Origin: Vicugna vicugna
Lineage: Eukaryota
NCBI GenBank assembly: GCA_013265495.1
Contig: MU058337.1
Location: forward strand, 1,418,777 to 1,482,776
Reading direction: 5' to 3'
DNA: 64,000 bases
Part shown: positions 13,368 to 26,135 of the stretch, in pieces
How positions within the stretch are numbered: position 1 is the stretch's first letter
Layout of the letters: each line of letters opens with the position of its first letter
Made by a program: the position numbers and the translations under genes
Notes under the pieces: model-generated
Told to the model about the DNA's origin: nothing
What the model saw: the letters and a program-made list of their open reading frames with translations, nothing else
Database searches by the model: none

Positions 13368-13626
13368 ATTTGTATTTACTGTGTGCCTCCTAATCTATAT
13401 GCAGTTTATATCTTTGGTGTGAGCACTATGCATGGATTTTTATGAATGGTCTTATAATACCATTTCAAAGAGATACTATTATTCCTACATGAGAAGTGGG
13501 CAAAAAAAGCTAAGGAAGTTTAATTTATTTCCCCAACATTATGTCACAAGTAAATAGCAAAGCTATCAACTGAACCAGGGTTTTCTGGTTTCCAAGTCCA
13601 TGCCCTTTCCACTCTACAGTACTACC
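13368..13626 (-). mobile_element. MIR SINE
   Basis: ACTATTATTCC...GCTAAGGAAGTTTAATTTATTTCCCCAAC...GAACCAGGGTTTTCTGGTTTCCAAGTCCATGCCCTTTCCACT. Confidence 0.7.
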
Positions 13627-13854
13627 TGGAAATGAAGGAGGGGCCACATCTGACTGAGAGAAGAAGCTTCAGTCACACGGTCACTGGCATTTGAGATGGG
13701 CCTTGGAGAACAGGCAGGATTTCAACAGGCAGAGTGTAGACTCAAGAAGGCATTCGGGCAAAGAGGCAGGCGTGAACAACAGGGTAGAGACGCAGAGCCG
13801 AAGTCGTGATCAGGAAACCACCACTCTGTCTAAGCTCTAGGGACTGCAGCAGCG

Positions 13855-14398
13855 TGTAGACGGGCCTGCCTGGGCCCCCAGCTCCCTAGACTGCTGTGCG
13901 CAAGGCCTGGAATGGGGGTTCAGTATTCAGTGCTGCCCTGACATCTGATAAAATCAGGAGGGCTTCTAATGGTCAAACCACAAGCACCCTCCCTGCCGCC
14001 CCAGCAGGTAAGGTGCCCCAGCCAAAGACACATCTCATCACAGGAACCAGGCACAGAGTCTGCTTAACCCTGAGCAGGGGAGTTCGGTTCCCTGCCAGCC
14101 CATGGAATTATTCAAACAAACCAGCCACATCCTCCCTAGGGAACCCCGGGCCACCTCACTGTCTCATTACTACGAAGCCTGCCCCTCACTGGCTCCGCTC
14201 GTTCACTGTTCTCATAGCCCCATGCGGCTCTGCAAGGCATACAGTGTCCTACTCCCCCGGGCTAGGGGAGTATGTGACAAGTAAACTCCTGCCTGTCCAG
14301 TCTGTCCAGTGTCGGGGGTCATGTGCTTGACCGTCCCCATGACCCTAGGGGCAGAACCCCTCCCTCACCAGCAGGATAAAGAGGAGATGACTAAAGGA
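13855..14398 (+). mobile_element. MER54/MER73/MER74-family ERVL solo LTR
   Basis: GGAACCAGGCACAG...CCCTGCCAGCCCATGGAATTATTCAAACAAACCAGCCACATCCTCC and 3' end CCCTAGGGGCAGAACCCCTCCCTCACCAGCAGGATAAAGAGGAG, as recalled for this LTR group. Confidence 0.7.
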
Positions 14399-14399
14399 C

Positions 14400-14782
14400 C
14401 ACTTTCAGCTGTGTGACTCTGGGAGGCAGCTTCACCTCTCTGTGCTTCGGTTTCCTTGCCTGTAAGATTGCAGGCGATACTACCCGTTTCATAAGGCTGC
14501 TCTCAGGGGGTGCAGCCGTATCTGGCAAAGAGGAAGCACCATAGAAGCTTGGTAGTTGTTAACCAAGGGCTTCCTGCATGTCAGTCATGTTCCAGGTTTT
14601 GACATCGTTAATCCTCACCATGAACCTGTGAAGCAGATACAGTTAGGGTAATCACAAGTTTTTACCATCAGTAAGGAAATAGAAGCAGAGAGCTGGTGAA
14701 TCATGTGCGGCAGGTCCCCCAGCTGGTAAGTGGCTAGCTGTGAGTGAAATTCAGGCAACTGACTCCAGAAGCCTCACTTATC
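14400..14782. mobile_element. Two adjacent MIRs in opposite orientation (+ ~14400-14560; - ~14560-14782)
   Basis: CTGTGTGACTCTGGGAGG...TCTCTGTGCTTCGGTTTCC (plus), then TTAATCCTCACCATGAACCTGTGAAG...CTGACTCCAGAAGCC (minus). Confidence 0.65.
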
Positions 14783-17700
14783 GGGTCCCCAAACCCTCCC
14801 ACCTGATACTGAAGACAGGGACACCGTGCACACCCCTCGTTCCAGCTCCTCGCAGACTGAACTGTGATCCTTTGTTAGTGTGCCGCCACTGTCACTAGAA
14901 TGCGCACTCCCTGAAGGCAGGGATGGCCTTGGTTGCTCATTGTTGCATCCCTACTCTACTTCCCAGAACAGTGCTCAGCTCGCCTTGGAGGCTTGCTCCT
15001 CACACTTTCCACATCTTGGACTCTGCTCACAGTGCCTCCCCTTTGGAAACTAGTGCTGGTTTCCAGGATTCTGGATTTCTCCTTCTCATTCTCTTTTGGG
15101 GCCTTCTCCACCTGTCCCTGAAACGTAGAATTCTTCCTCTAAAGCTCTGTCCTCTGTCCTCCAGCCCTAAGCACCTTCTTCTCCAGGAAGCTCACAGCTA
15201 CATATTAAATACATCCTTCCATCTACACAGTTGACTTTAAAGTCTGCATCTTTTACTCATCTCTTTTTCAAGCTCTCCATCCAGATTTCTATCTTTTCTC
15301 TCCATCGCCGAACTGTCCCCATAAATTCAACATGTCTACAATTACACTCATCATTAACTGCACCCCATCTGCACTCATGGTCTCCTCCGGTGGTCCTTGT
15401 ATTTGTTACCGTCATTTTCTTAAACACTCAGGCTTGAAACACCCCGCCCATCAGCAGCAAGCTCCTACAGATTTGCTGCCCGCAGTTTTCCTGCACCGGG
15501 ACTCTCCTCTGCTGACCCCCGACACACCCCCAACTCGGATCTTCACTGCCTCTTGCTTCCTTTGGCTTATGGTCGCCACTGACAGCTTTCCCCACATCCA
15601 GTTTTTCTCTGCTTTTCCCACCGCCTCATTGTTACCTGCTTGATAATGAGCCAGAATGTTAGCTCCAAACATTTATGGAGGAGTTTGGGGGCTGAATGGG
15701 ACTTACAGTGTGTTAGAAAAGGGACCAGGAAGTAGAGGAATAAAGCCAGGATGCATGGGTGACTTTTCCAAAATAGGAAATGTTTTACTGTGAAATCAAA
15801 GAAAGCAGCAGAGCTGTATTTCAACAGGCAGAGAGACGAGGTGTTTTGGTCATAAGGACATAAATTTGAATTAATCCTGTAATTATAGATCATTTCATCA
15901 TTAACAAATAAAAGAGAAGCTAGAAAGAGAAAGTACAGGTGTGAAGAAGTGATGGTGAATTGAGGAAGTCGACAGAAGGAATGAGATTCCCGGCACCAGT
16001 GAGTGGATTACCTCTGGAAGGAAAAGCAATGCTTGTTCCCGCTGGGGCACAGAGAGGAGGCAGGGGCGACATAATTCTGAGACGGGGGGAGGGCAAGCTC
16101 AAGAAGCATTGGTCACAAGACTTTGATCTTTACAATAAAGTGAGAGGCCCTTTATCCTGTGAAATGGTGGGAGGTATGAGCAGAATAAAGGACTTGAGAA
16201 AAGTGTGGGGGGGGGTGGTACAGACACTTTGAGGAACCCAACAAAAATCGAACATGAAAATAATCCTGATGTGGTCTCTTTCCCAAAATCTTAAGCTTCA
16301 CTTGGTTGGATCAGTATTCTATTCCAGGTCAATCCTAACGACCTCAGTCAACCACCAAACACTCCTGGAATGATCACTACCTACGGGTTTATGCTAAGTC
16401 CTAGACTGCCACACTAGGCCCCTGCCAGGATCTTCATGGGAAAAGACTTGAAGGAAAAAGAAAACTGTAGCAAGAATTGTTTTTGACATAAACAAGCTGT
16501 TTGCTGCTTCCCACATATTAGGGAAACAGTTGGATTACACATCAGGGTCTGAAGACTTCAAACAATGATACCAGGAGGCTAATGGAATGGGGACAAGGAA
16601 ATTACTATGGCTCTGCACTCCATAAAATAAAGAAATAAATTAAAGTGCAATTTATCGCTGGAGAAAGAGAGGAAACCAAGCTGATAAAATAGCCCAAGAA
16701 ACTATACGAATGATGTGATACTGCTGGAATGGAGTCGATCATTTTGTGTTTAAGATTTAGTACTCTTCTCCAGAACGGCATGGGCGATCTAAAATTAGGG
16801 AGAGGAAATGTCATTTTATAGCACACTTCTGACTGTAACTCAATCACCATGTGTGTAGGTGTTATGGTTTCAAGTAAGGAACATACGTTGTCACCTTTGA
16901 AAAGCCCACTTTATGATTTTTTCACATACCTCTATTGCGCATATGTACATGTAAGTGGAGGGAGTTAAATAACAGCGTCTGCCCAGGAATCGGGTTTTTG
17001 TTTTTGAAATTGTGTAAAATAAACTGTTTTTTCTAACAGATAATTAACATTTCACGGAGTCTGGTTCCCTGCTCTGTGGGGAGCAGCTGACTCACTGAAC
17101 CGCAGTGGTACCGCCAGTCTTCTTTTCTCCCTCCCACCAAGAGTGGTTTTGTGCAAACGCTAGAGGTGGCCTCAAACAAAACTGCAAGCCAGGCGGTCTC
17201 TCTGGCCCTGAGTCTCCTTGTCCTCTTGCCTCCTCCAGAGATGCCCAGGACACTCGCATCCTCCTCGACTCCCAACAAAACTGCCCTGGGGGCCTTCTGT
17301 CCATTTGTTTACACCAAGGCATATGGAGTCAGCGACGGACAAGCAAGATTACTCTCAACGCGCCAGAGCTGGTACACTCAAGTGACTGTGGAGCCCTTCC
17401 CGGGAGTCTTCCGAAAGCTCTTATTTCCAGCACACCTATGGCTGCTTTGGAATTTGGAACCCTCTTCAAAGATCATTTCTCATTTGTTCAATGGCCTCAG
17501 TGACAGCAGAACTCCCTCCTTGGAGTGATTTTGATTTGGGAAATGACGAACAGTCGTTCTGAAGCCAGTCCACTGAAAACATTGGGTAATGTCTTTTGGG
17601 GTCCAAGATGACTTCATAGGCATCTTCTTGTGATGCCTTTCAGATCCAGGCGCCAACCAGGCACCAAGGCCCAACGGGCTCCTTGTAACTGTGAGTCTCC

Positions 17701-18195
17701 AGCCACCGGCCTGGGCAGCACTGGAAGTCACGTGAGAACTGCTATGGTGTCAAGCTGGGGACAGGCTAGCGTCCCTGTCCCCTGGTGGAGAGATGGAAGG
17801 TGATGTTCTAGTTCAACGGCCAATGAGCTTTCCACTGGTGGCCAGCCTCACCCCCTCGAGCCGCCTCCCTCTGCTTCACCCCTCAGCAGCACACAATCTC
17901 ACCGCTGAGGCAGCAGACCCTGCTATTTCTACTTCCCACAGTGCCCACTCCCACCCCATCCCTTTCTGATAATGGCCCTGCGTCCTCAGGGACAGGTGCA
18001 GCTGGGTTAAAGAGTTCGTCCCCTCTCACAGAGAAAGTGCAACTCCTTTGATCAACCGTAGAAACTTGCTAGCAGACTGTGAACCAATAGCAAATGCAGA
18101 AACTCAGATCCGACCCACAACGACAGCGTCTTGACAAGCTGGGGTTGCGAGCAGTATGCAGTGTTCAAATCAAGGCTGAGCAGACAAGCCTTAGA

Positions 18196-18300
18196 CCAGG
18201 ATTTCAAACTTCAGCATCAAGGTCTCCTGGGGAGTTTGCCTCAATACACAGATTGCTGGGCACACCACCCCGCCCCCAGTTTCTGATTCAGTGTCTAGGT
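18196..18300. mobile_element. MER5A-like hAT-Charlie MITE fragment
   Basis: ATACACAGATTGCTGGGC...CCCCCAGTTTCTGATTCAGTGTCTAGG is the MER5A core. Confidence 0.7.
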
Positions 18301-19422
18301 TCCCAAACTAACCCCAAGCCCTTTGATTTGGTTTCCTCTGTTGAAGCAGTTTGATCACTTTTCCAGATCCTCTGGACAATGAAGGAAACAGAAAAAGTTG
18401 TTGGCTCCCCATAAACTTAGTGATCATCAACCTCAATTTGAGGCACTTCTATTTTTCTTAGCAAACTCTCACTTCAGGGTGAATGTTCTAAGTCCCTTCA
18501 GCCACCCACACACCTGCAGATGTTGAAGGCCTTCCTTCTCCAGCATTGGCAGGAGGGTTCCAAAAACCCCTCATCATTTTCAAAGTGGTATTTATCCTCA
18601 GTTTGCAGGACTGCACACAAAAGTGGCTCCTGGTGGGCAGCCTCGAATCACATGAAGTGCTTCAGAACTTCTCACTTAGCTTAATTGACCTTAGGAGAAG
18701 AAATCTCCACCCCTCAGGTGCCAGAGAAACAGATCAACGCTATCTCTACTTCCAGTTTGGCCAGATGTACTTGCTTTCGTGTTTATGTTAATATTTTCCA
18801 TTCTAGACTTTGATGCTTTGTGTGCAGGTTATATTTCAAACAACATATTTCATCACTGGCCGCCATTGTCCTTAACGTAACTGGTAATAACTTAAAAGCA
18901 ATGGTTACAAACAGGTTTCAACTTGAGTTCTAATTCCGAGGTATTGGTAGCGATGCCTGGACTCTTGTGTTGAGAAAGATTTTGAAGCTGACATCAGACT
19001 CAGCATCAGGGTGCAATGGTCCATTAGTGATGTTTGCCGTGGGGAGGGGAGAAGGAGGTGGCAATATGCTTTTGTCTTCCTTGGTTTCCCAACTTACGTG
19101 CTGCTGAATTTTTTTACAGAGATTTATACCTGAAGCTAAGGGATGTACCCACACGAAAGTAAACTGGGTCTTGTGAGAAACATGACCATCCTAGATTCCC
19201 TAAAATCTTACAAAAGATTTGAGTGCCTTGGGCTCCCCTCCATACAGAAGCAGGGCTGCCACGGTCCATTCTGGAAGACTTAACAGTTCCTTTGGTGCCC
19301 ACTCAGCCACCCCGGCAGGAAAGAACGCTACTCTTCAGCTCTTCAGTACCTCCCACTCCCTGGTTCCCGTTAACATTTAAGGAAGTTCACTGAGTTCACC
19401 CCCAAATGAAGTAAATCTAGAG

Positions 19423-19656
19423 CAGTAATTGTCAACTGGAGGAGATTTCCCCCGTTCCCTGCCCCTGGCAGGGGAAGACCTTTTTCACCGTTACAGCTGA
19501 CTGGGGAGTTGCGGGGTGCAGAAGGGGTGTTACTGGTTTCTAGTGCACAGCAGGCAGAGATGCCACACAACATCCTACGAAACACGAGACAGTTATCCAG
19601 CAAAGAACTATTTACTGGACCCAGAATGTGGATTTTGCTGTGGTTGAGAAACACTA
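19423..19656 (+). mobile_element. MER20 hAT-Charlie DNA transposon, near full length
   Basis: Termini CAGTAATTGTCAAC ... GTTGAGAAACACTA; internal TACTGGTTTCTAGTG...CAGAGATGCCACACAACATCCTAC; left flank ATCTAGAG matches the Charlie target preference. Confidence 0.8.
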
Positions 19657-22311
19657 CTGCAGAGGACTGAAATGCAGGTCTCTGAGTGTCTGGTTCAACC
19701 TATAACAAATCGTTAACTTATGACTCACTAAATGGAGAATGTAATTCTTCCAATAAGAGGAAAATGAACCCAATTCTCGTGTTTGACCTAGGGGAAGTGC
19801 TATGTCTATGATGTCTTTATCAAATTAGAGGAAACTGCATTTATCAACTCCTACAGCCTTAGCATTGCTGCAAAACCAGACACATGACTTACATTTTTTT
19901 ATATGAGCACAGTATCTGTGGCCACAGCAAGTCTGTTTAGAAGCTGTGGCTGGGAGGGCAGCCTGCTAGTCCCCTCACCACTAAGAAAGATCAGAATAAA
20001 CCAGGCACTCCTTGTGCCCCCCACCCACTGCTTACTTGCAGTAAATGAAAATTGCAGCTTTTTCCATCTTTCAGATGAAAATATTTTAGTGACTTGTGAT
20101 TCCCACACCTATAAAAACAATGTGCTTAAAATGCTACAGTCTTAAAAAACAAATATTAAAACCCCAGTTCATTCAAGACATCAGGGGAAAAAAAATGATT
20201 TGTGGGATTTTTTTTTCTTTCCTGATCAAGTAACGAACAAAATCTGCTACAACACTACAGTTTTAAAACATTTTAAGCCATAGCATTTCACTGTAATGAG
20301 TCTGTGGCTTTGCAAGGCAAGCTCAAAAGTTATGACAATCAACTAAATCCCAGGGGGAAGAGTTTAGTTGTGTATGTGCTGGTTTTGGGAATGGGTATTT
20401 TGTAGAATCAAAGATTCCAATAGTAGCTGGGTTTTCTCAAGCCTAAATTCTTCTAAGATGCATAATTGGATATTATGCAGTTAACTAAGAAGGACTTTTA
20501 GAGAAAACAAAAACCGAGGTTCTTTTAGATCTTCTTGAACACTAAAAGCTAAGCTTTCAACTCCAGCCAAATGCCATTACTATGAATTTCTTCCAATATA
20601 TTGTTTAGTCACAATGCTTTATCCTTGATATTACATATGGTCCTGAAAGTTCAAAATTATAAACCAAGACTCCAAGACTTGTAATCCTAGAGACAGACTG
20701 TGACCAACACATAGCATGTGATACGTTTATGTTGTAAAACGCTACTAACAATAAAGCCGAACTGTGTGGGATTTGATCAAAGCCTCCGCTGAGAGGTTTG
20801 TGAAAGGTGGCATGGATAAAAGCGGCCGGTCCCCCCAAGTGGATGCGACAGCAACCAGGTTAGGGACGGCTACTATACAATTACAGAAAGAGTAATGTGT
20901 TTCCTGCTTGAAGCCTCCAGTTTTGAAAGGAATTTGGGACTTTCTTAGGCTGAGAATAATCGTTTCCTTGGAAACATCACACCACATCCTCAAGGACTTG
21001 GACTCTCCCCATCACGGACAACTGTTGTGGGGACCAGGTAACAATGGCCTCCATGTTACCCAAGACAAGCCGTGAAAGCAACGGTGGTGACTATTATCCA
21101 AGCCCCCACCCCTCCCCTGTCACTGCCTTCCTTCATCCTGTCCTCAAGCCCAGCCCCAGTCCTCATTCCCACCCTTCTTATCACAGCCACCTCACAAGGC
21201 AGCCCGTCCTTACCTCTGTCTACAGCCTGCCCCATGTTCTCTCTCACCATCCCTCCGGGACTTCCTTAGCACGATGGCACCATCGAGCCCTCTCTTTGCT
21301 TCCTGCTGATGCTACACAGGATGAGCTCGGGCTTCCAGATGGTCGGTGACCAAGTGGAGGTGTCTTTCAAGCAGAATCACTTAAGCACTCAAGACGTAAG
21401 GGGCAGTTCGCGATGGTGAACATAAAATTAGTTTCGCTTTGAAAATTTGGACTGATTGGCATGACAGAGAGAAAAAGAGAGTTTTTTCTTTTCTTTTCTT
21501 TCTTTTGTTTTTTGCCACGTGAAAGAGTAGGAACAAAACTTCAGAGACAAAAAATGTCAAGGCATTTCTAGCAAATAGTTTGTCCAGAACCACGGCAAGT
21601 AAGCTTTAATAGCAAAGGTCGGCACCACCCTGGATGTAAGACTGAAAAAAGTTTTGTTTTGTCAAACAAGACAGAGGAGTTATTAATGTTTTGAGGTCAG
21701 AGTGGTTACGTGATCAAAGTGTTTCAGGAAAATTAATTAGATAGTGTTATGGGTTGGGGTTGAATGTGGATGAAAAAGAGTCCAAAAAAGAAAAAGGATC
21801 ACTTAGGAGCTATTAGAGTGATGAGGACTGAGGGGATGAAGGCCTGAGCCTGGGTGGTAAGAGAATGGAAAAAAGTATGAAAGACAGAACCAGCAGCAAG
21901 CACAATACACATGCTCATCCAGACATCCGGGCAGTGGGAGGAGGAGGAGAAGGGAAGTCAGACATGACCGGGAAGGCTTCCATCACCTGCCTCGTCAGGG
22001 ATGTGAGACACCCCTGGGGTACTTGCATCCCTCACAATCGTCAAGCTGGGACAGCGCACCGGTGGGACCCCCTAACAAGTGGGTGGTGCTGCAGGAGCAG
22101 GTGCTTCCTGCATTCTGATTCTCAGGCCACCCGGGCCCTGGCCCCAGGCCGCTCCACATGCCGCTCCTGTTGACTCTGTCAAGTTGAAGGCAACCTTTCA
22201 GAACGGGCCCTCCCTCGGTTTTTGAAGAAGCACGAAATCTTGTTTTCTGGGGCGATTGTGAAGACACCACCCTTCTTCAGCCCTCTAGTTTGAGCCCTTC
22301 AAGCCGGCTTA

Positions 22312-22570
22312 GTCGGCATGGTGGAAGCAACACGATTTCACGGAGTCACGTGGCCCAAGATCTGAGTCCTGACCTTCTTTCACTTTCTGTCTAAGTGATT
22401 TGGGGCAACTTATTTAAGCTTGCCGGGCCTCAGTTTTCCCCATTTAAGAATGGGGCCGATAATAACAGCCATGCACGATCACAAAAATTAAATAATACAT
22501 GAAAGCAACTGGCACGCTGTAGAGTGGCTGTACGTTTAGTTCTAAAACAACAATAATAAAACAGGTGTTT
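22312..22570 (+). mobile_element. MIR SINE
   Basis: GATCTGAGTCCTGAC...GGGCAACTTATTTAAGC...GCCTCAGTTTTCCCCATTTAAGAATGGGG...ATAATAACAG. Confidence 0.75.
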
Positions 22571-23959
22571 TGTTGTTACTGTGATGCATACAGAACACTC
22601 CGAAGTAAAGATGCTCAATGTGACCCCCTCCCCGAGGAACCCGTGACCACAAACAAATCTCCCTGCTTGTTAATCTGCCACGTGAAGACCCAGACCCAGA
22701 CACACAGGGGCTCAGTTAACTCAGGAGTCACTCTCACAGTTAGGACCCCAAATTCCTCCAGTCATGAACATGCCCGTGAAGTTTTTCTTTTTTTCAAAAC
22801 CAAGTGAATTCATCCTTATTTAATAAAGAGTTTAATAAAGAGAACTTTAAAATAGCGACGTATGATAACTCCTTTTAAACAGTTAAGTTAGTATGTAGCG
22901 TTTAAGTGAAAAACTGAAAAATGTGAATCAACTCTTTCAAAATAATAAAACTTAGCTTCTGTTTTGTTTTTTAAATGAACTCCCTTTTCCTCAAACCCTG
23001 GATCAACTTCTTGCACTTGGGAGAGCCCTGCATATCAGTTTGCGGCATAACCAGTCCATTTACAAATGGGCCCATTTCTGAAAATAGACTTTAACATAAA
23101 CACAAATCTTTCCCAGAAATCAGAACTTAAATAAGAAAAGCAAGGCTGTTTGGTAGGATTTGTTCAGCTACTCAGCTATTCCTTCTCCTCTTCTGCTCAT
23201 TTGAGGAAATGAGTTGACTGTAAGGAAACCACAATAGCCTAGTGTTCGTTTACCTTGACTGAGAAAAATGATGAAAACTCAACATGGTGACTTTCTGCCA
23301 TTTATTTACATGGAAAGTGTAAGTGGGGGAGGGGAAGCCGTGCTTGTGATGCATATGATTGCTTCTGTATCTGGGGTAAACTTGTGATTTGTGTTTGCTC
23401 TATCCTTGCAAAGCCCCCTTTAAACGTCGTCTTACGGGATACAGCTTTTCACCCCTGCCTAAACAGAAAGCTTTCGTCCTCATCAAAGTCCAAAGCTTTT
23501 GATCTCCCTAATCTCCAGCTTGCTCACCTTCTGTGCATCCACAAGTAAGTGATGTTCTCTTCAGTGCCTACTGAATCTCTTAAAACTCAAGGAGGTGTGC
23601 TTTTTTAAATTTCATTCTTCATCTAAGCCTAGAGACCGCTGATAGTGATTGAATGCTGAAGAGGTGTGGGTGGTGTAGACAATTCATACCCGTTTTTATT
23701 ACTGCTTAAATTTTGAATTAAAGATTCAATATTTCAGAAAAACAAATGCTACATTAGCACCTGACCTGAATTTTTATGGTGTCATTTAACTGCTTTCGGC
23801 AACCTGCTCACCCCTTCGAGCCCAGCCAAGCAGTGGCCACAAGTTTCTGGGGAGCCCTTCAGGCCTGATCTTTGGACATCTTTCAATGTGATTATTGGTA
23901 GTTTGGTTTTGCAGAGAAATGTTATGATAGAAATCTTATTTAAGTTATGTATCAATTTT

Positions 23960-24405
23960 AATTAAATACTGATATTGAATATTATAATCCATTTTGTACA
24001 GTAAGAAAATTGGAAAGTATATCATCCCATTACTCAGAAATAACCCGTGTCCACATACGCGCAAAAGTTATTCTAATCTTCTTTGTCTATGTTTCCCACA
24101 TGCTTGAGATCATTCTTTATATACAATTTTACATTCTACTTTTGTTTTGCTTAAAAATCATATCATTAGGTAGGTCATTAAACACTCTTCACAGGCATCT
24201 GAATGGTTACCTGATATTCTTCCATGTGGATATACTTAGGTCAATTATCCAAGGTGGAAGTTTGGGTCATTTCCTACTTATATTAAAGCTGCCATAAATA
24301 TCACTATTCATAAATCTCTATCTACGCTTCTAAGTATTTCCCTGGGATAGCATCCTAGAAGCAAAACTTCAGGATTAAAGGATCTTGGATTTTAAGGGTA
24401 TTTCC
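23960..24405 (-). mobile_element. Old L1M(E) 3' fragment
   Basis: TATTTCCCTGGGATAGCATCCTAGAAGCAAAACTTCAGGATTAAAGG resembles reverse L1 ORF2/3' sequence; AT-rich and degenerate. Confidence 0.55.
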
Positions 24406-24948
24406 CCCGACATTTAAAAATCGGAATGACTTCTGAGGTTTGGTAAAATGTGGTATTTCACAATTATCAGGAAGAATAAATACTCTTTAAATATCCACAG
24501 GGGTGATGTTCATGGTGTGACCATAAGTTTCCTTTTGTTTCTTCTTTTGGCTTTTTATAATTTAAAATAGAAGATAATTTTTGAAGAAATAAACAGAAGT
24601 TTCTATCATCCAATTCATAATGAAAATTATTAGTGGAAAAAGTCAACAAAAAGTTGAACTCTTAGCAACTAAAATTGTACTTGGTACAATATATTATTAA
24701 ATAAAAATATAAATGTAAAATATAAAAAATAGAATCTTTGTTAAATGACAGAAACAAAATTTGGCAGTGCATCACTGTCACAGCTGTTGCTCCTGAAACT
24801 TCCAGGGCTTTCATTGATCCACAACTCGGAATATTTATTTAGCATCTATCTCGTTCCATGCAGATACATGGTGCTTTTAAGCAGTGAGCATCCAAACTCC
24901 CCCCGAGCTTTGCCACAGTCCACCCCGCAAACATAACAGAGTATCAGG

Positions 24949-25293
24949 TGAGTCTTAGTTGCCTAGGGCCGCAATAGCGAGGTTCCATAAACTGGATGAT
25001 TCAAACACCAGTCACAAGACTAGAAGTTCAAAATGAAGGCGTTGGCAGCACTGGTTCCTCCTGAGGCTGTGAGGGAGACGCCCCTCCATGCCTCTCTCTT
25101 AGCTTCTGGTGGTTTGCTGCCTTCCTCAACTTGCAGATGCATCACCCCAACCTCTGCCTTCATCTTCACGTGGCATCTTCTCTCTGTGCATGTCTGTCTC
25201 TGGGTCCAAGTTTCCCTTGTTATAAGGACACCAGCCACACTGGATTGGGGTCTGACCTAATGACCTATTTCCAATAAGGTCACATTCTGAGCA
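24949..25293 (-). mobile_element. MLT1B/C MaLR LTR
   Basis: GGTTCCTCCTGAGGCTGTGAGGGAGA...CTCTGCCTTCATCTTCACGTGGC...TATAAGGACACCAG...TTTCCAATAAGGTCACATTCTGAG. Confidence 0.85.
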
Positions 25294-25744
25294 TTTCCAT
25301 TGTTCTGGTCAGAACAAAATACACATGCATACAAGCAATGAAACACAAACTGTGTAATTTTGGTGATTCTGCATACATGTTGAATGCTCTTATATTTACA
25401 CTTAAGACTGGCATTGTATGATATCAAGGAAATGGTAAAGTTCATGTTAATAACATTTTAATTTACTTTTACTTAAAAGGATATTAAATAGCAAATTAAA
25501 AATTCACAGTAAGTTGGGAGAGAAATGACAGCAAAAAGGAAAAAGCTTTATATTTTAATACCTTAAACAGCACTACTTTCCGACATCTTGAACAAGGGCC
25601 CTACAAGTTACGTCCCGTCTAGTAGACTAGAATAGCCCAGCCCCCCACAAATGGTCCCAACATAAACCCTCAGCCATCATGATGGACACCCGGCACCAGT
25701 GACTCCAAACACCGAATGCTAGAGCTCCAGCTCAGATGCCCTGA

Positions 25745-26135
25745 AGAATTACCACATGTGTAGTGGCTTAAACAACCCACTATATCGTCTTACATTCTGG
25801 AGACAGAAGTCCGACTTGAGTGTTACTGGGTTAAAACTGAGGTGTTGGCAGGACTGGGTTCCTCACTGGACACTGGAGAAGACTCTGCTCTCTTGCCTTT
25901 TCCACCTGCTGGAAGCGCCTGCATTTCCTGGCTGGTGGCCTCTTCCTCCATCTCCAGGGCCAGCAGCGGTGGGCAGAGTCCCTCTCATGTATCAAGTCTC
26001 TCCTCCTGCCTCTTTCTCTTCTCTCTAACCCTGCTGGGAAAGTCTCCCTGATTTTAAGGACTCACGTGATGAGACTGGAGGAACCCAGATATTCCAGGAT
26101 AACCATAGCCCGCACGGTATCCAGAGACTTAATCT
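25745..26135 (-). mobile_element. MLT1D/E MaLR LTR (partial)
   Basis: AATTACCAC...AGTGGCTTAAACAAC...GGTGTTGGCAGGACTG...GCATTTCCTGGCTGGTGGCC...TTTTAAGGACTCACGTGAT. Confidence 0.8.

Noticed and set aside
17033..17760. Overlapping 76-132 aa ORFs in a unique, moderately GC-rich block
   Set aside because: No recognisable protein in any listed frame and no consistent exon structure found; a BLASTx hit would be needed to call a pseudogene.
22819..22842. Tandem TTTAATAAAGAG x2 as a double poly(A) signal
   Set aside because: Simple 12-bp duplication in AT-rich DNA with no supported upstream terminal exon.
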